Shown here: piece after piece, positions 51,641 to 59,983 of the stretch | Position numbering within the stretch: the first letter of the stretch is position 1 | How the letters are laid out: every line of letters begins with the position of its first letter | Assembly: GCA_965218295.1 (NCBI GenBank) | Contig: CBDCKN010000017.1 | Location: 32,001 to 96,000 of the forward strand | Source of the DNA: Longimicrobiales bacterium | GTDB lineage: Bacteria > Gemmatimonadota > Gemmatimonadetes > Longimicrobiales > Gaopeijiaceae | Length of the DNA: 64,000 nucleotides | Direction: 5' to 3' | Notes under the pieces: generated by a model | The model's input: the letters and a program-made list of their open reading frames with translations, nothing else | The model's database searches: none | What the model was told of the DNA's origin: nothing | Translations under genes and position numbers: made by a program

Positions 51641-52933
51641 ATGCGCATCCTCATCGTTGGAAACGGGGGTCGGGAGCACACCCTGGCCTGGAAGCTCCGC
51701 CGGGACGCACCCGGCGCGACCCTTTTCGTCACACAGCCAAACGGGGGCATGGCCGGCTCGGTCGAGACCCTAGAGATCACCGCCGGAGACGTGGAGGCCC
51801 TGGCGGGCTGGGCGCAGGCTCAGCGGATCGACCTGACTGTCATCGGACCGGAGGCACCGTTGGCCGCCGGCCTCGCGGACCGCCTCCATCGCAATGGCGT
51901 GCCCGTGTTCGGGCCGACCAAGGCCGCCGCGCGCATCGAGTCGAGCAAGGCATACGCCAAGGAGCTCATGGAGCGGGCCGGCGTCCCCACGGCGGGCTTC
52001 GCTGCGTTCAGTGACCCGGGAGAGGCCGCGGACTACGTGAAGGAAGGCGGTGCCCGCGTGGTCGTGAAGGCCTCCGGCTTGGCCGCGGGAAAGGGTGCCG
52101 TCGTCTGCGAGACCGTCGACGACGCCCTCGAGACCCTCGAGCGTATAATGACGGACCGGGTCTTCGGCGAGGCGGGCCGGGAGGTGGTCGTCGAGGAGTT
52201 CATGTACGGGGAGGAGCTCTCGGTTTTCGCCCTGGCCGACGGTCGGGACGCCCTGCTGATGCTTCCGTCCCAAGACCACAAGCGGGTCGGCGAGGGGGAC
52301 ACGGGACCCAACACGGGGGGCATGGGTGCGTACGCCCCGGTGTCCCTGTCGACCCCCGAGCTCCTGTCCGACATCCTGGACCGCATCATCCGGCCGACCC
52401 TGGCAGCCCTGGCGGAAGACGACTCTGAGTTCCGGGGACTGCTCTACGCCGGCCTCATGCTCACCGAAGAGGGCCCCCGCGTCGTGGAGTTCAACTGCCG
52501 CTTCGGAGACCCCGAGACACAGGTGGTGCTGCCGCTCCTCGAGTCCTCGCTCCTGGATCCCATGTTGGAGGTGGCCCGGGGAGAACGGCTGGGTGGTGCC
52601 GCCTTGGAGTGGAGTGGTGGGGCGGCCCTCACCACGGTCGTGGCCTCGGAGGGATATCCCGGCGACTACGGGAAGGGCCGATCCATCGAGATACCGGACC
52701 GACTGAATTCGGATCCCGACGTCCTTCTCTTCCACGCGGGCACCAGGCTAGGCTCGGACGGCCTCGAGACCTCCGGGGGACGGGTGATCGCCGCCACCGG
52801 CCTAGGCTCAACCCTCAGCCAGGCCGCCGCCAAGAGCCGGAAAGCGGCCGCGGCCATCGAGTTCGAGGGGAAGCAGTTCCGCACGGACATCGGGTGGAGG
52901 GAGTTCGCCCGATCCGAGCGAGAACGACCCTAG
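51641..52933 (+). CDS. purD: Phosphoribosylamine--glycine ligase
   Basis: GNGGREH, GLAAGKG, QDHKR..GPNTGGMG, EFNCRFGDPE. Confidence 0.98.
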   Translation: MRILIVGNGGREHTLAWKLRRDAPGATLFVTQPNGGMAGSVETLEITAGDVEALAGWAQAQRIDLTVIGPEAPLAAGLADRLHRNGVPVFGPTKAAARIESSKAYAKELMERAGVPTAGFAAFSDPGEAADYVKEGGARVVVKASGLAAGKGAVVCETVDDALETLERIMTDRVFGEAGREVVVEEFMYGEELSVFALADGRDALLMLPSQDHKRVGEGDTGPNTGGMGAYAPVSLSTPELLSDILDRIIRPTLAALAEDDSEFRGLLYAGLMLTEEGPRVVEFNCRFGDPETQVVLPLLESSLLDPMLEVARGERLGGAALEWSGGAALTTVVASEGYPGDYGKGRSIEIPDRLNSDPDVLLFHAGTRLGSDGLETSGGRVIAATGLGSTLSQAAAKSRKAAAAIEFEGKQFRTDIGWREFARSERERP

Positions 52934-52952
52934 GCTCCCGGACGTCCATCCC

Positions 52953-53786
52953 ATGCCGGAACTCCCAGAGGTCGAGACCATCGTCCGCGGCCTCCGGCCG
53001 AACCTGGTGGACCGCTCGGTCCGTCGCGTCCGCGTCCTGCAGCCCGATGTCCTGCGCCAGCCTCCACGGAGCTTTTCTGCCGGACTGAGAGGAAGGATCG
53101 TGAAGTCCGTCTCGCGCCGCGGGAAGAACATCGTGGTCGGGCTCACGGGAGACGCCGTTCTCGTCGTGAACCTGGGCATGACAGGCCGCCTTCTCCTTGC
53201 CGGTCCCACCGCCCAGGCGACACATCCGGCGGTTCGCTTCACACTGGACGAGGGACCGGCCCTCGTCTTCGACGACGCACGCCGCTTCGGAGCCTTGGAG
53301 GTGCTTACGGCCGTCGACTGGCACCGCCGATCTGGAAGCCTTGGGCCCGAGCCCCTTTCGGCCACCTATACTGCAGCGCGGCTCCACGCCGACCTCTCGC
53401 GATCGTCTTCACCAGTCCGATCGTGGCTGTTGGACCAGCGTCGAGTAGCGGGGGTAGGGAATATCTACGCCAACGAGGCTTTACACCTGGCCGGTATTCA
53501 TCCGCGCCGTCCCGCCAGGTCCGTGAGCGAGACCGAGGCCCGAGCCCTCCATCGCGCCATACGGAGGGTCCTACGCCAAGCAATTCGGAATCGCGGTACC
53601 ACGCTACGGGACTATAGAGACGCCTCGGGCGCGCCCGGCGAGAACGCCGTGGCGCTGCGGGTCTACGCCCGGGCCGGTGAGCCGTGCCTTCGCTGCTCCA
53701 CAGGGATTTGTCGATTGGTCTTCGGGAATCGCTCAGCCTTTTTCTGCCCGCGCTGTCAGCCGGAGACGGCGGGGCGCCGCGCGTGA
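52953..53786 (+). CDS. mutM: Formamidopyrimidine-DNA glycosylase
   Basis: MPELPEVE, RRGK, GVGNIYANE, C-terminal zinc finger. Confidence 0.98.
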   Translation: MPELPEVETIVRGLRPNLVDRSVRRVRVLQPDVLRQPPRSFSAGLRGRIVKSVSRRGKNIVVGLTGDAVLVVNLGMTGRLLLAGPTAQATHPAVRFTLDEGPALVFDDARRFGALEVLTAVDWHRRSGSLGPEPLSATYTAARLHADLSRSSSPVRSWLLDQRRVAGVGNIYANEALHLAGIHPRRPARSVSETEARALHRAIRRVLRQAIRNRGTTLRDYRDASGAPGENAVALRVYARAGEPCLRCSTGICRLVFGNRSAFFCPRCQPETAGRRA

Positions 53787-54193
53787 GACGGTCCTGGTGG
53801 CGCAACGCACCGTCGAGCCGGAGCTCGGCCCTGGGCTGCGCTCTCCACGGCCGGCCCATGTCCCTCTGGTGGATCCCAGCGCTCGTCTCCATGCTGGCGG
53901 GAGGTTTCGCTTCACCTGGGGCCCGGACGAGGCCAACGCTCAGACGGCGACCGGGGTCAACCTCCCCGTCGTCGAGCACGAGCTCGCCAACGGCATGCGC
54001 TTCCTGGTGCTGCCCCGCCGGGGGGCTCCCACCACCTCCTTCGTCGTGCAGTACCGCGTGGGGGGCGTGAACGAGGTCCCCGGCACGACCGGCATGGTCC
54101 ATCTCCTGGAGCATCTCCTCTTCAAGGCACCAGCACACCGGGCACCCACGACGTGGAGGCGGAGCGAGGGCGTCTCGGGTGACGGCGACGCCT
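53783..54193 (+). pseudogene. M16 (pitrilysin-family) peptidase, frameshifted and truncated
   Basis: EHELANGMRFLVLPR...VGGVNE...HLLEHLLFK. Frame breaks after the signal-like segment and at FKG/TST, and the gene ends at a palindromic element. Confidence 0.85.
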
Positions 54194-54469
54194 CTAGAGG
54201 CCTGTTGAAGGAGTACAGCGGGTCGCGTTAGGAGCGCCGAGGGTCCAGCGCGTAGGCGGCGCGACGACGCGATGCTGTAGTATCGGGGAGGAGCGCCAAC
54301 ACCCGCGATGGGCCCTCGCCGCCCTAACCCGAAGGGCACAGGAGGGTTGCGGTCTCATAGGTCGTCTCTCCTCCTCGCCGTAGCCCTGCTACGACTCGTC
54401 GTCGTTCCTACTCTGAGCCTCGCAAGACCCCTGTGCGCGACCCACTGTACTCCTTCAACAGGCCTCGAG
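54194..54469. mobile_element. Structured palindromic element, family B (MITE/BIME-like)
   Basis: 31-bp terminal IR GAGGCCTGTTGAAGGAGTACAGCGGGTCGCG (54197-54227 / 54436-54466, 30/31), CTAG at the left end, two internal hairpin arms. Confidence 0.85.
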
Positions 54470-54476
54470 AGAGGGA

Positions 54477-55205
54477 TCAGAGACGGACGCCGACGTGGAT
54501 GGCGGCGATCCCGCCGGTCAGGAACCTCCACTCCACATCCCCGAACCCGGACTCGCGGAGTAGGGCGGCGAGCTCATCGGGCCCAGGAAACTCCTTCACG
54601 GACTCGGGGAGATACGTGTAGGCCCATGGGTGACCCGAGACCACACGCCCCACCATCGGTAGAATCCTGTAAAAGTAGAAGTGGTACAGGCGACGCAGGA
54701 GCGGGTTCGGTGGGTCGGTGAACTCCAAGATCACGAGGCGGGCGCCCGGGCGCAGGACCCGGGCCAGATCACCGAACCCGACCCGCAGGTCCGAGAGGTT
54801 TCGGACACCGAAGCCGACGGTCCCACCGTCGAAGGAGGCATCCGGGAAGGGCAGTCGGAGCGAGTCGCCGCACACGGGCTGCACCGAGTCACGGAGCTTG
54901 CCACGACCCTCCACAAGCATGGGGAACGCGAAGTCGGTCGCGACGACGGCCCCACGGAAGCCCGGCTGACGGGCCAGCTCGAGGCTCAGATCGAAAGTCC
55001 CGGCGCAGGCATCCAGGAACCGTCCGTCCGAGTGATCCCTCCAACCGAGGAGTTCTACGGCCTGCCGCCTCCAACGTCGATCGATGTTGAGGCTGAGGAC
55101 ATGGTTCAGGAGATCGTAGCGCGGTGCGATCTCGGAGAAGAGAGTCCGGACCTGGTCGGCTCTGCCCGCGCCGCGAGACGGCCTGGCTTCGGGGATTGTC
55201 GCCAT
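54477..55205 (-). CDS. ubiE: Ubiquinone/menaquinone biosynthesis C-methyltransferase (UbiE/MenG)
   Basis: IAPRYDLLNHVLS, DACAGT, FGVRN, YTYLPESV. Confidence 0.93.
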   Translation of the reverse strand: MATIPEARPSRGAGRADQVRTLFSEIAPRYDLLNHVLSLNIDRRWRRQAVELLGWRDHSDGRFLDACAGTFDLSLELARQPGFRGAVVATDFAFPMLVEGRGKLRDSVQPVCGDSLRLPFPDASFDGGTVGFGVRNLSDLRVGFGDLARVLRPGARLVILEFTDPPNPLLRRLYHFYFYRILPMVGRVVSGHPWAYTYLPESVKEFPGPDELAALLRESGFGDVEWRFLTGGIAAIHVGVRL

Positions 55206-55262
55206 CTAATCGGCGTTTTTGTTAGTTTTTTTGACCCATACGAGTGGTCAGCCGCGTACCCG

Positions 55263-55290
55263 GGAAACATCCGAAGTTTCCCAACCGTAA
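55263..55290 (+). promoter_or_regulatory. ECF-type promoter upstream of the sigma gene
   Basis: GGAAAC-N17-CGTAA. Confidence 0.65.
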
Positions 55291-55355
55291 CACGGCTGCG
55301 AACTCACGGGGCGCTGTCGCCTCACCGGACCCACTGCTTTTCGGAGCCTCATTAC

Positions 55356-55946
55356 TTGGATTTCCCGGCCCAGACCGACAAAGATCTAGCGGCCCTGGCG
55401 GCCGACGGACGGGAGGAGGCCTACGGCGAGCTGCTCAAGCGCTACGAACGGCCGATCTTCGCCCTAATCTATCGGATGGTCCGTGACCGATCTCTGGCCG
55501 AGGATCTGGCCCAGGAGGCGTTCATCCGGGCGTTCAACGCCATCTCCTCATACGATCCGCGCTACAAGTTCAGCAGCTGGATCTTCAAGATCGCCAACAA
55601 CCACACCATCGATCATCTGCGAAAGCGGAAGCTCGATACCGTCTCCATCCACGGCTCTCCACACGCCCGCACGGCGCGCGAGGAGGAGCAGACCAGCCTC
55701 GTTGTGGAGGCCACCGACGAGAACCCGCACGAATACGTGGAGCATCGCGAGCTCGGCCACCAGATCGAGCAGGCCATCGGGGAGCTCCGGCCGGAATATC
55801 GGACCGCCATCCTGCTCCGGCACGTGGAGGGGTACGCTTACGACGAAATTGCCGAAATCATGGAGCTACCGCTGGGTACCGTAAAGACGTACTTACACCG
55901 CGCCCGCAGCGAGCTGAAGGTCCTCCTCGCACACCTCGCCTCATGA
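55356..55946 (+). CDS. ECF RNA polymerase sigma factor (SigW-like)
   Basis: AEDLAQEAF, FSSWIFKIANNHTIDHLRK, YDEIAEIMELPLGTVKTYLHRAR; probable TTG start. Confidence 0.93.
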   Translation: MDFPAQTDKDLAALAADGREEAYGELLKRYERPIFALIYRMVRDRSLAEDLAQEAFIRAFNAISSYDPRYKFSSWIFKIANNHTIDHLRKRKLDTVSIHGSPHARTAREEEQTSLVVEATDENPHEYVEHRELGHQIEQAIGELRPEYRTAILLRHVEGYAYDEIAEIMELPLGTVKTYLHRARSELKVLLAHLAS

Positions 55947-55957
55947 GGGCTTTTTCA

Positions 55958-55985
55958 TGAAACTTTCGGGAAGTGCCCCCCGTAG
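55958..55985 (+). promoter_or_regulatory. Second ECF-type promoter, upstream of the anti-sigma gene
   Basis: TGAAAC-N17-CGTAG. Confidence 0.65.
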
Positions 55986-56017
55986 GATCGATTAGGAAAA
56001 CGACAGGAGTCGATGAA

Positions 56018-56992
56018 GTGGCAAAGAAGGACGTAGACATGCATCTGACCGCCGAGCGGGTTCAGGCGTTTCTGGACGGCGCTCTCCCGGAAGGGGAGAG
56101 GGTCCAGGTCGAGGAGCATGCTACGTTCTGTGCGCGCTGTCAGGCCGAGCTGGACGCCTGGCAGTTTCTATATTCCGAGTTGAGCGAGCTGCCGGAGCTG
56201 GAGCCCTCTGAAGGCTTTGCGCGCCGTGTGTTGGCCGAGCTGGACGTCTCGCCCGTACCGAACCTGGATGTATTGACGGGACCCGAGGCCTCGGAGGCCC
56301 GCAAGTTCGGGTGGCTGCGTCGTCGAACGGCGAGGCTGGCGGAGCACCTCACCCCCGAGCGCCTGCAAGACTACGTGGAAGGCATCCTTCCCCGGCCGCA
56401 GATGACCAGGGTCGAGGCCCATCTCGACGGATGTGGCGCCTGCAGCAGCGAGGCGGCCGCCTGGAGAGAGTTGGTCCAAGGGATCAAGACCCTGCCCGAG
56501 CTGGCTCCGTCCGCAGGGTTCGCGCGGCGGGTCATGGCGCAAGTCCGTATCGGGCGCCTGGTCCGTGAGCCAGTGGTCGTCTCGACCCACAGCCGCGCCC
56601 TGGCATGGGCCGGACGCCTGCTCCCACGTACCCAGAAGGCCTGGGCGGTCATCTCCGGTGTGGCGGTCACGCCGGCCACCGTCGTGGCCCTCCTGGTCTA
56701 CGCCGTCTTCTCGAACCCAGCAGTCACACCCGCATACCTGGCGTCCTTCCTCTGGTGGAAGGTCAGCGGTGGAGTCTCCACCATCGCCGGTGTCCTGGCG
56801 GATACCCTGTTTGAAAGCGCCATCATTTTCCAAGCCTATTCAGCCCTGGAGGCCTTAGCAGGTGCGCCTGCGCTGGCGGCCATGGTCGCCGTGTCTCTCG
56901 CCGCGGCGACGAGCCTGTCTGGATGGGTCTTGTATCGGAACCTAGTCCCCACCCAGACGGTGGATGGTCAGTATGCCAGAGCATCGATTTAG
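56018..56992 (+). CDS. Anti-sigma factor with two zf-HC2 (ZAS) domains and C-terminal TM helices
   Basis: HLT.ERVQ...HATFCARC and HLT.ERLQ...HLDGCGAC. AGGAG SD precedes GTG 56018. Confidence 0.88.
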   Translation: MAKKDVDMHLTAERVQAFLDGALPEGERVQVEEHATFCARCQAELDAWQFLYSELSELPELEPSEGFARRVLAELDVSPVPNLDVLTGPEASEARKFGWLRRRTARLAEHLTPERLQDYVEGILPRPQMTRVEAHLDGCGACSSEAAAWRELVQGIKTLPELAPSAGFARRVMAQVRIGRLVREPVVVSTHSRALAWAGRLLPRTQKAWAVISGVAVTPATVVALLVYAVFSNPAVTPAYLASFLWWKVSGGVSTIAGVLADTLFESAIIFQAYSALEALAGAPALAAMVAVSLAAATSLSGWVLYRNLVPTQTVDGQYARASI

Positions 56993-58655
56993 CCTCAGCC
57001 GGTCTCTCGTGCCGGTCCTTCTCCTCGCGTTCCTGCCCGTCGCGGTGACGGGACAGGTGCGTGAGGTCGTGTCCAACCAGCTCGCCATCTCGCAGCGCGA
57101 GGCGGGCCTGGTCCTCGACTTCGTCGACGACGGCGTGCTGGAGATCTCGCTGCGCGACGGGGTGATCATGGTGGACGACGAGGTCGTGGGAAGCTTCGAC
57201 CGGGGCGACGCCCTGGACACGGCTTGGCGACTGCTCCTCGGCGAGATCGTCAACCTCTCGGACGGGCCCCTGGGCCAGGCTCTGCAGGAATGGGCTCCGC
57301 CTTCGTCCCTCTCGGGAGATGCCATGGAGGCGGCCCGGCTCCTGGACGAGTCCCTGGAGCAGGCGTTGCGTCCGCTGGAGTCGAGTGTGCAGGCCGACCC
57401 GGAAGCGGAGATCGATCTCAACATTTCGGCGGACCTGGGACTCGGTCTCCGGGCGCTCCTCAGCCGCACGGAGATCCTGGGTGAGCTCGGACGGGCCCTC
57501 GAGGCCATCGATGTGCTGACCTCCGCCATCTACATCGGAGAAGATGTGGTGGTCGCCGAGGACGAGACCATCGAGGGGACCATCGTCGTCGTAGACGGCG
57601 ATCTCACGGTGGACGGCACCATCGAGGATGACGTCGTCATCGTCGAGGGCTCCATCACGGTCAACGACGGAGGGGATGTCCACGGCGACATCCGGCTGGT
57701 GGATTCGCGCTACTTCGGGGTCGACGAGTCGTCCCTCGGGGGACGGGTGATCCGCGTCGACTCCGACGACGCAGACAGCGGGTCGTCGGTGGACTTGGAG
57801 GATCTCGAGGACCGGATCCGAGACGAGATACGGAGCGAGCTCCGTAGCGAGTTCCGGAATAGCGGGAGGGGCTTCTCACCCTTCCGCGCCGTGGGACGGG
57901 GGATCGCCGCCGTCATGGGCGATCTGATCTCCTTCCTCATCGTCTCCCTCATCGCCCTGAGCGTGATCTACTTCGCCAAGGACAACCTCGAGGTGGTGGC
58001 GGACACCGCCCGGCGGAACCCCATGCGTGCAGGGCTGGTGGGGATAGCTGGTGCCTTCCTGGTCCTTCCGACCTGGCTGCTGGGCTGTGTGGCTCTGGTA
58101 GTCTCGATCGTGGGCATCATCGCCCTGCCCTTCTGGCTGATCCTCTTCCCCGTCGCGGTGGCTCTGGGGGCCGGGCTGGGGTACCTGGCCGTGGCCAGAA
58201 ACATCGGTGAGTGGGTGGCCGCCAAGGACATAAACGGTCTGGAGTGGCTGCAGCCCACCAACACCTTCTATGCGGTGGTCACCGGCGTGGGCGCGATTCT
58301 GGCCTTCTCCGTGGCCGCCAACGTGCTGGACGTCGTGCCGTTCTTCGGCTTCTTCAGCGGGCTGCTGGCCGCCCTGGGATCCATGCTCGCCATTGCGGCA
58401 TTGTTCGTCGGATTCGGTGCCGTGCTGCTGACACGAGGTGGTCGCCAGGCCGAGTTCTACGACGGTGGTGACCCTTTCGACGACGAGCCGGCCTGGGAGC
58501 AAGACGGGTTCTCTGACGATGTGATCGAGGCCGAAGAGGTCGACGAAGAGCCCGAGGCCGAGGTGGACAGTGAGGACCTGGCAGAGGCCACGGCCGACGT
58601 GGCCGATGAAGACTCAGACGAGGTGGGGGAGAACCGGGATGCGGACGATGAATAG
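56973..58655 (+). CDS. Membrane protein with bactofilin-like beta-repeat region, multi-TM domain and acidic tail
   Basis: Signal peptide, repeats TIEGTIVVVDGDLTVDGTIEDDVVIVEG, several TM segments. Confidence 0.75.
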   Translation: MPEHRFSLSRSLVPVLLLAFLPVAVTGQVREVVSNQLAISQREAGLVLDFVDDGVLEISLRDGVIMVDDEVVGSFDRGDALDTAWRLLLGEIVNLSDGPLGQALQEWAPPSSLSGDAMEAARLLDESLEQALRPLESSVQADPEAEIDLNISADLGLGLRALLSRTEILGELGRALEAIDVLTSAIYIGEDVVVAEDETIEGTIVVVDGDLTVDGTIEDDVVIVEGSITVNDGGDVHGDIRLVDSRYFGVDESSLGGRVIRVDSDDADSGSSVDLEDLEDRIRDEIRSELRSEFRNSGRGFSPFRAVGRGIAAVMGDLISFLIVSLIALSVIYFAKDNLEVVADTARRNPMRAGLVGIAGAFLVLPTWLLGCVALVVSIVGIIALPFWLILFPVAVALGAGLGYLAVARNIGEWVAAKDINGLEWLQPTNTFYAVVTGVGAILAFSVAANVLDVVPFFGFFSGLLAALGSMLAIAALFVGFGAVLLTRGGRQAEFYDGGDPFDDEPAWEQDGFSDDVIEAEEVDEEPEAEVDSEDLAEATADVADEDSDEVGENRDADDE

Positions 58656-59493
58656 ACAAGTGACGAGACTTGCGCTGGCCTTGCTGCTGATCGGCGTCGG
58701 TGCAGAGCGTGCGCACGGCCAGGACTGGCGCACCGTGACCATGTCACGACAGATCGAGGACGGGCAGCCGGTGGCCGTGGAGGTGCGGTACGGAGCCGGC
58801 CAACTCAGCGTTGGTCCGGCCGAGACCGGCATCCTCTACCGGATGCAGCTCCGATACGATGAAAAGGTCTTCGAGCCGGTGGCCGAGCGTCGTGGCTCTA
58901 CCCTCCGCCTCGGCACCGAGAGCATCGGACGGAGCTTCAGGATCGGTAGGAACCGAACGGGTGGCGAGATGGAGCTCGAGCTGGCTCGGGACATTGCCAT
59001 GGACCTGAGCATGGATTTCGGAGCCGTGAAGGCGAACATCGATCTGGGCGGTCTGCGTCTCACGGGACTGGACATCGAGACCGGCGCCTCTCAGACACAA
59101 CTGGTCGTGTCGGAGCCCAATCCGGAGATCATGGACGAGGCGAGCCTCGAGGTGGGAGCCGCCGAGTTTACGGCCCGTCAGCTGGGGAACCTGAACGCCA
59201 GCCGCCTCGAGGTCGACGCGGGCCTCGGTGACATCGATCTCGACTTCACCGGCGAGTGGCAGAGAGACGCACGAGTCTCCGTAGACATGGGACTCGGCGC
59301 CCTGACTCTGCGTTTCCCGAAAGGACTCGGGGTGAGGCTCGTGAAAGACACCTTCCTGACGTCCCTGGATTCGGAGGGGCTCGTCAAGCGCGGCGATGCG
59401 TATTATTCGTTGGACTACGACGAGGCGGACTACCAGGTCACAGCGGATGTCGACGCCGCCTTCGGTAGCATCCGTGTCCTCTGGGTGCGCTGA
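58648..59493 (+). CDS. Exported beta-repeat envelope protein (toast-rack/LiaG/LiaF-like)
   Basis: Signal peptide and repeated (V/L)xxGAG/GxG units; overlaps the upstream stop. Confidence 0.7.
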   Translation: MNRQVTRLALALLLIGVGAERAHGQDWRTVTMSRQIEDGQPVAVEVRYGAGQLSVGPAETGILYRMQLRYDEKVFEPVAERRGSTLRLGTESIGRSFRIGRNRTGGEMELELARDIAMDLSMDFGAVKANIDLGGLRLTGLDIETGASQTQLVVSEPNPEIMDEASLEVGAAEFTARQLGNLNASRLEVDAGLGDIDLDFTGEWQRDARVSVDMGLGALTLRFPKGLGVRLVKDTFLTSLDSEGLVKRGDAYYSLDYDEADYQVTADVDAAFGSIRVLWVR

Positions 59494-59508
59494 ATAGGAG
59501 ATAGAGAG

Positions 59509-59742
59509 ATGATCGGTACACTGCTGACCTTCTTCGCCGTCGGACTGGTCACCCAGGTCGTCGCCGGGATCACGCTGTCGATCTTGGGGACGGTCCTGTC
59601 GCTGGGGCTCGGCCTCGCCGCCTTCCTGCTCTTCAAGGTGGCGCCCATCCTTCTAGTCGGGTGGGTGGTGCTCAAGATCATCGACAAGCGGAAGGGTGGC
59701 AGCCTGTCGGCCGCCGACCGTCGCTGGCTGGAAGGCGAATAA
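59509..59742 (+). CDS. Small membrane protein (LiaI-like size and hydropathy)
   Basis: AGGAG SD; 77 aa, hydrophobic; last gene of the ECF operon. Confidence 0.75.
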   Translation: MIGTLLTFFAVGLVTQVVAGITLSILGTVLSLGLGLAAFLLFKVAPILLVGWVVLKIIDKRKGGSLSAADRRWLEGE

Positions 59743-59797
59743 GGAGCCTGTCGGAGTAATGGGGCGAGCCGCGTTAGGAGCGCCACGGGACCAGATC

Positions 59798-59983
59798 CTA
59801 GTGTTCCGTTGCCGAAGTTCGCGAGCCACCAAGAGGGTCGGGGCGCCGTGGGATCAAGGCGGGACGACGCGGCGTAGCGCAAGCGGGCACCGCGCGAAGC
59901 GTGGTCGCAAGGAGTCCCAACGCCGAGCCCACGGATGCACCGTGCCCTCGACTGGCCGAGACACTTTGGTTAGGGGACACTAA
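59798..59983. mobile_element. Structured palindromic element, family A copy 2
   Basis: CTAGTGTTCCGTTGCCGAAGT / ACTTTGGTTAGGGGACACTAA. Shares AAGTTCGCGAGCCACC and TGGCCGAGACACTT with 25314..25504. Confidence 0.8.

Noticed and set aside
54681..55355. Long N-terminal extension of the ECF sigma ORF (421 aa)
   Set aside because: It overlaps ubiE on the opposite strand and the ECF promoter; the real start is probably TTG 55356.
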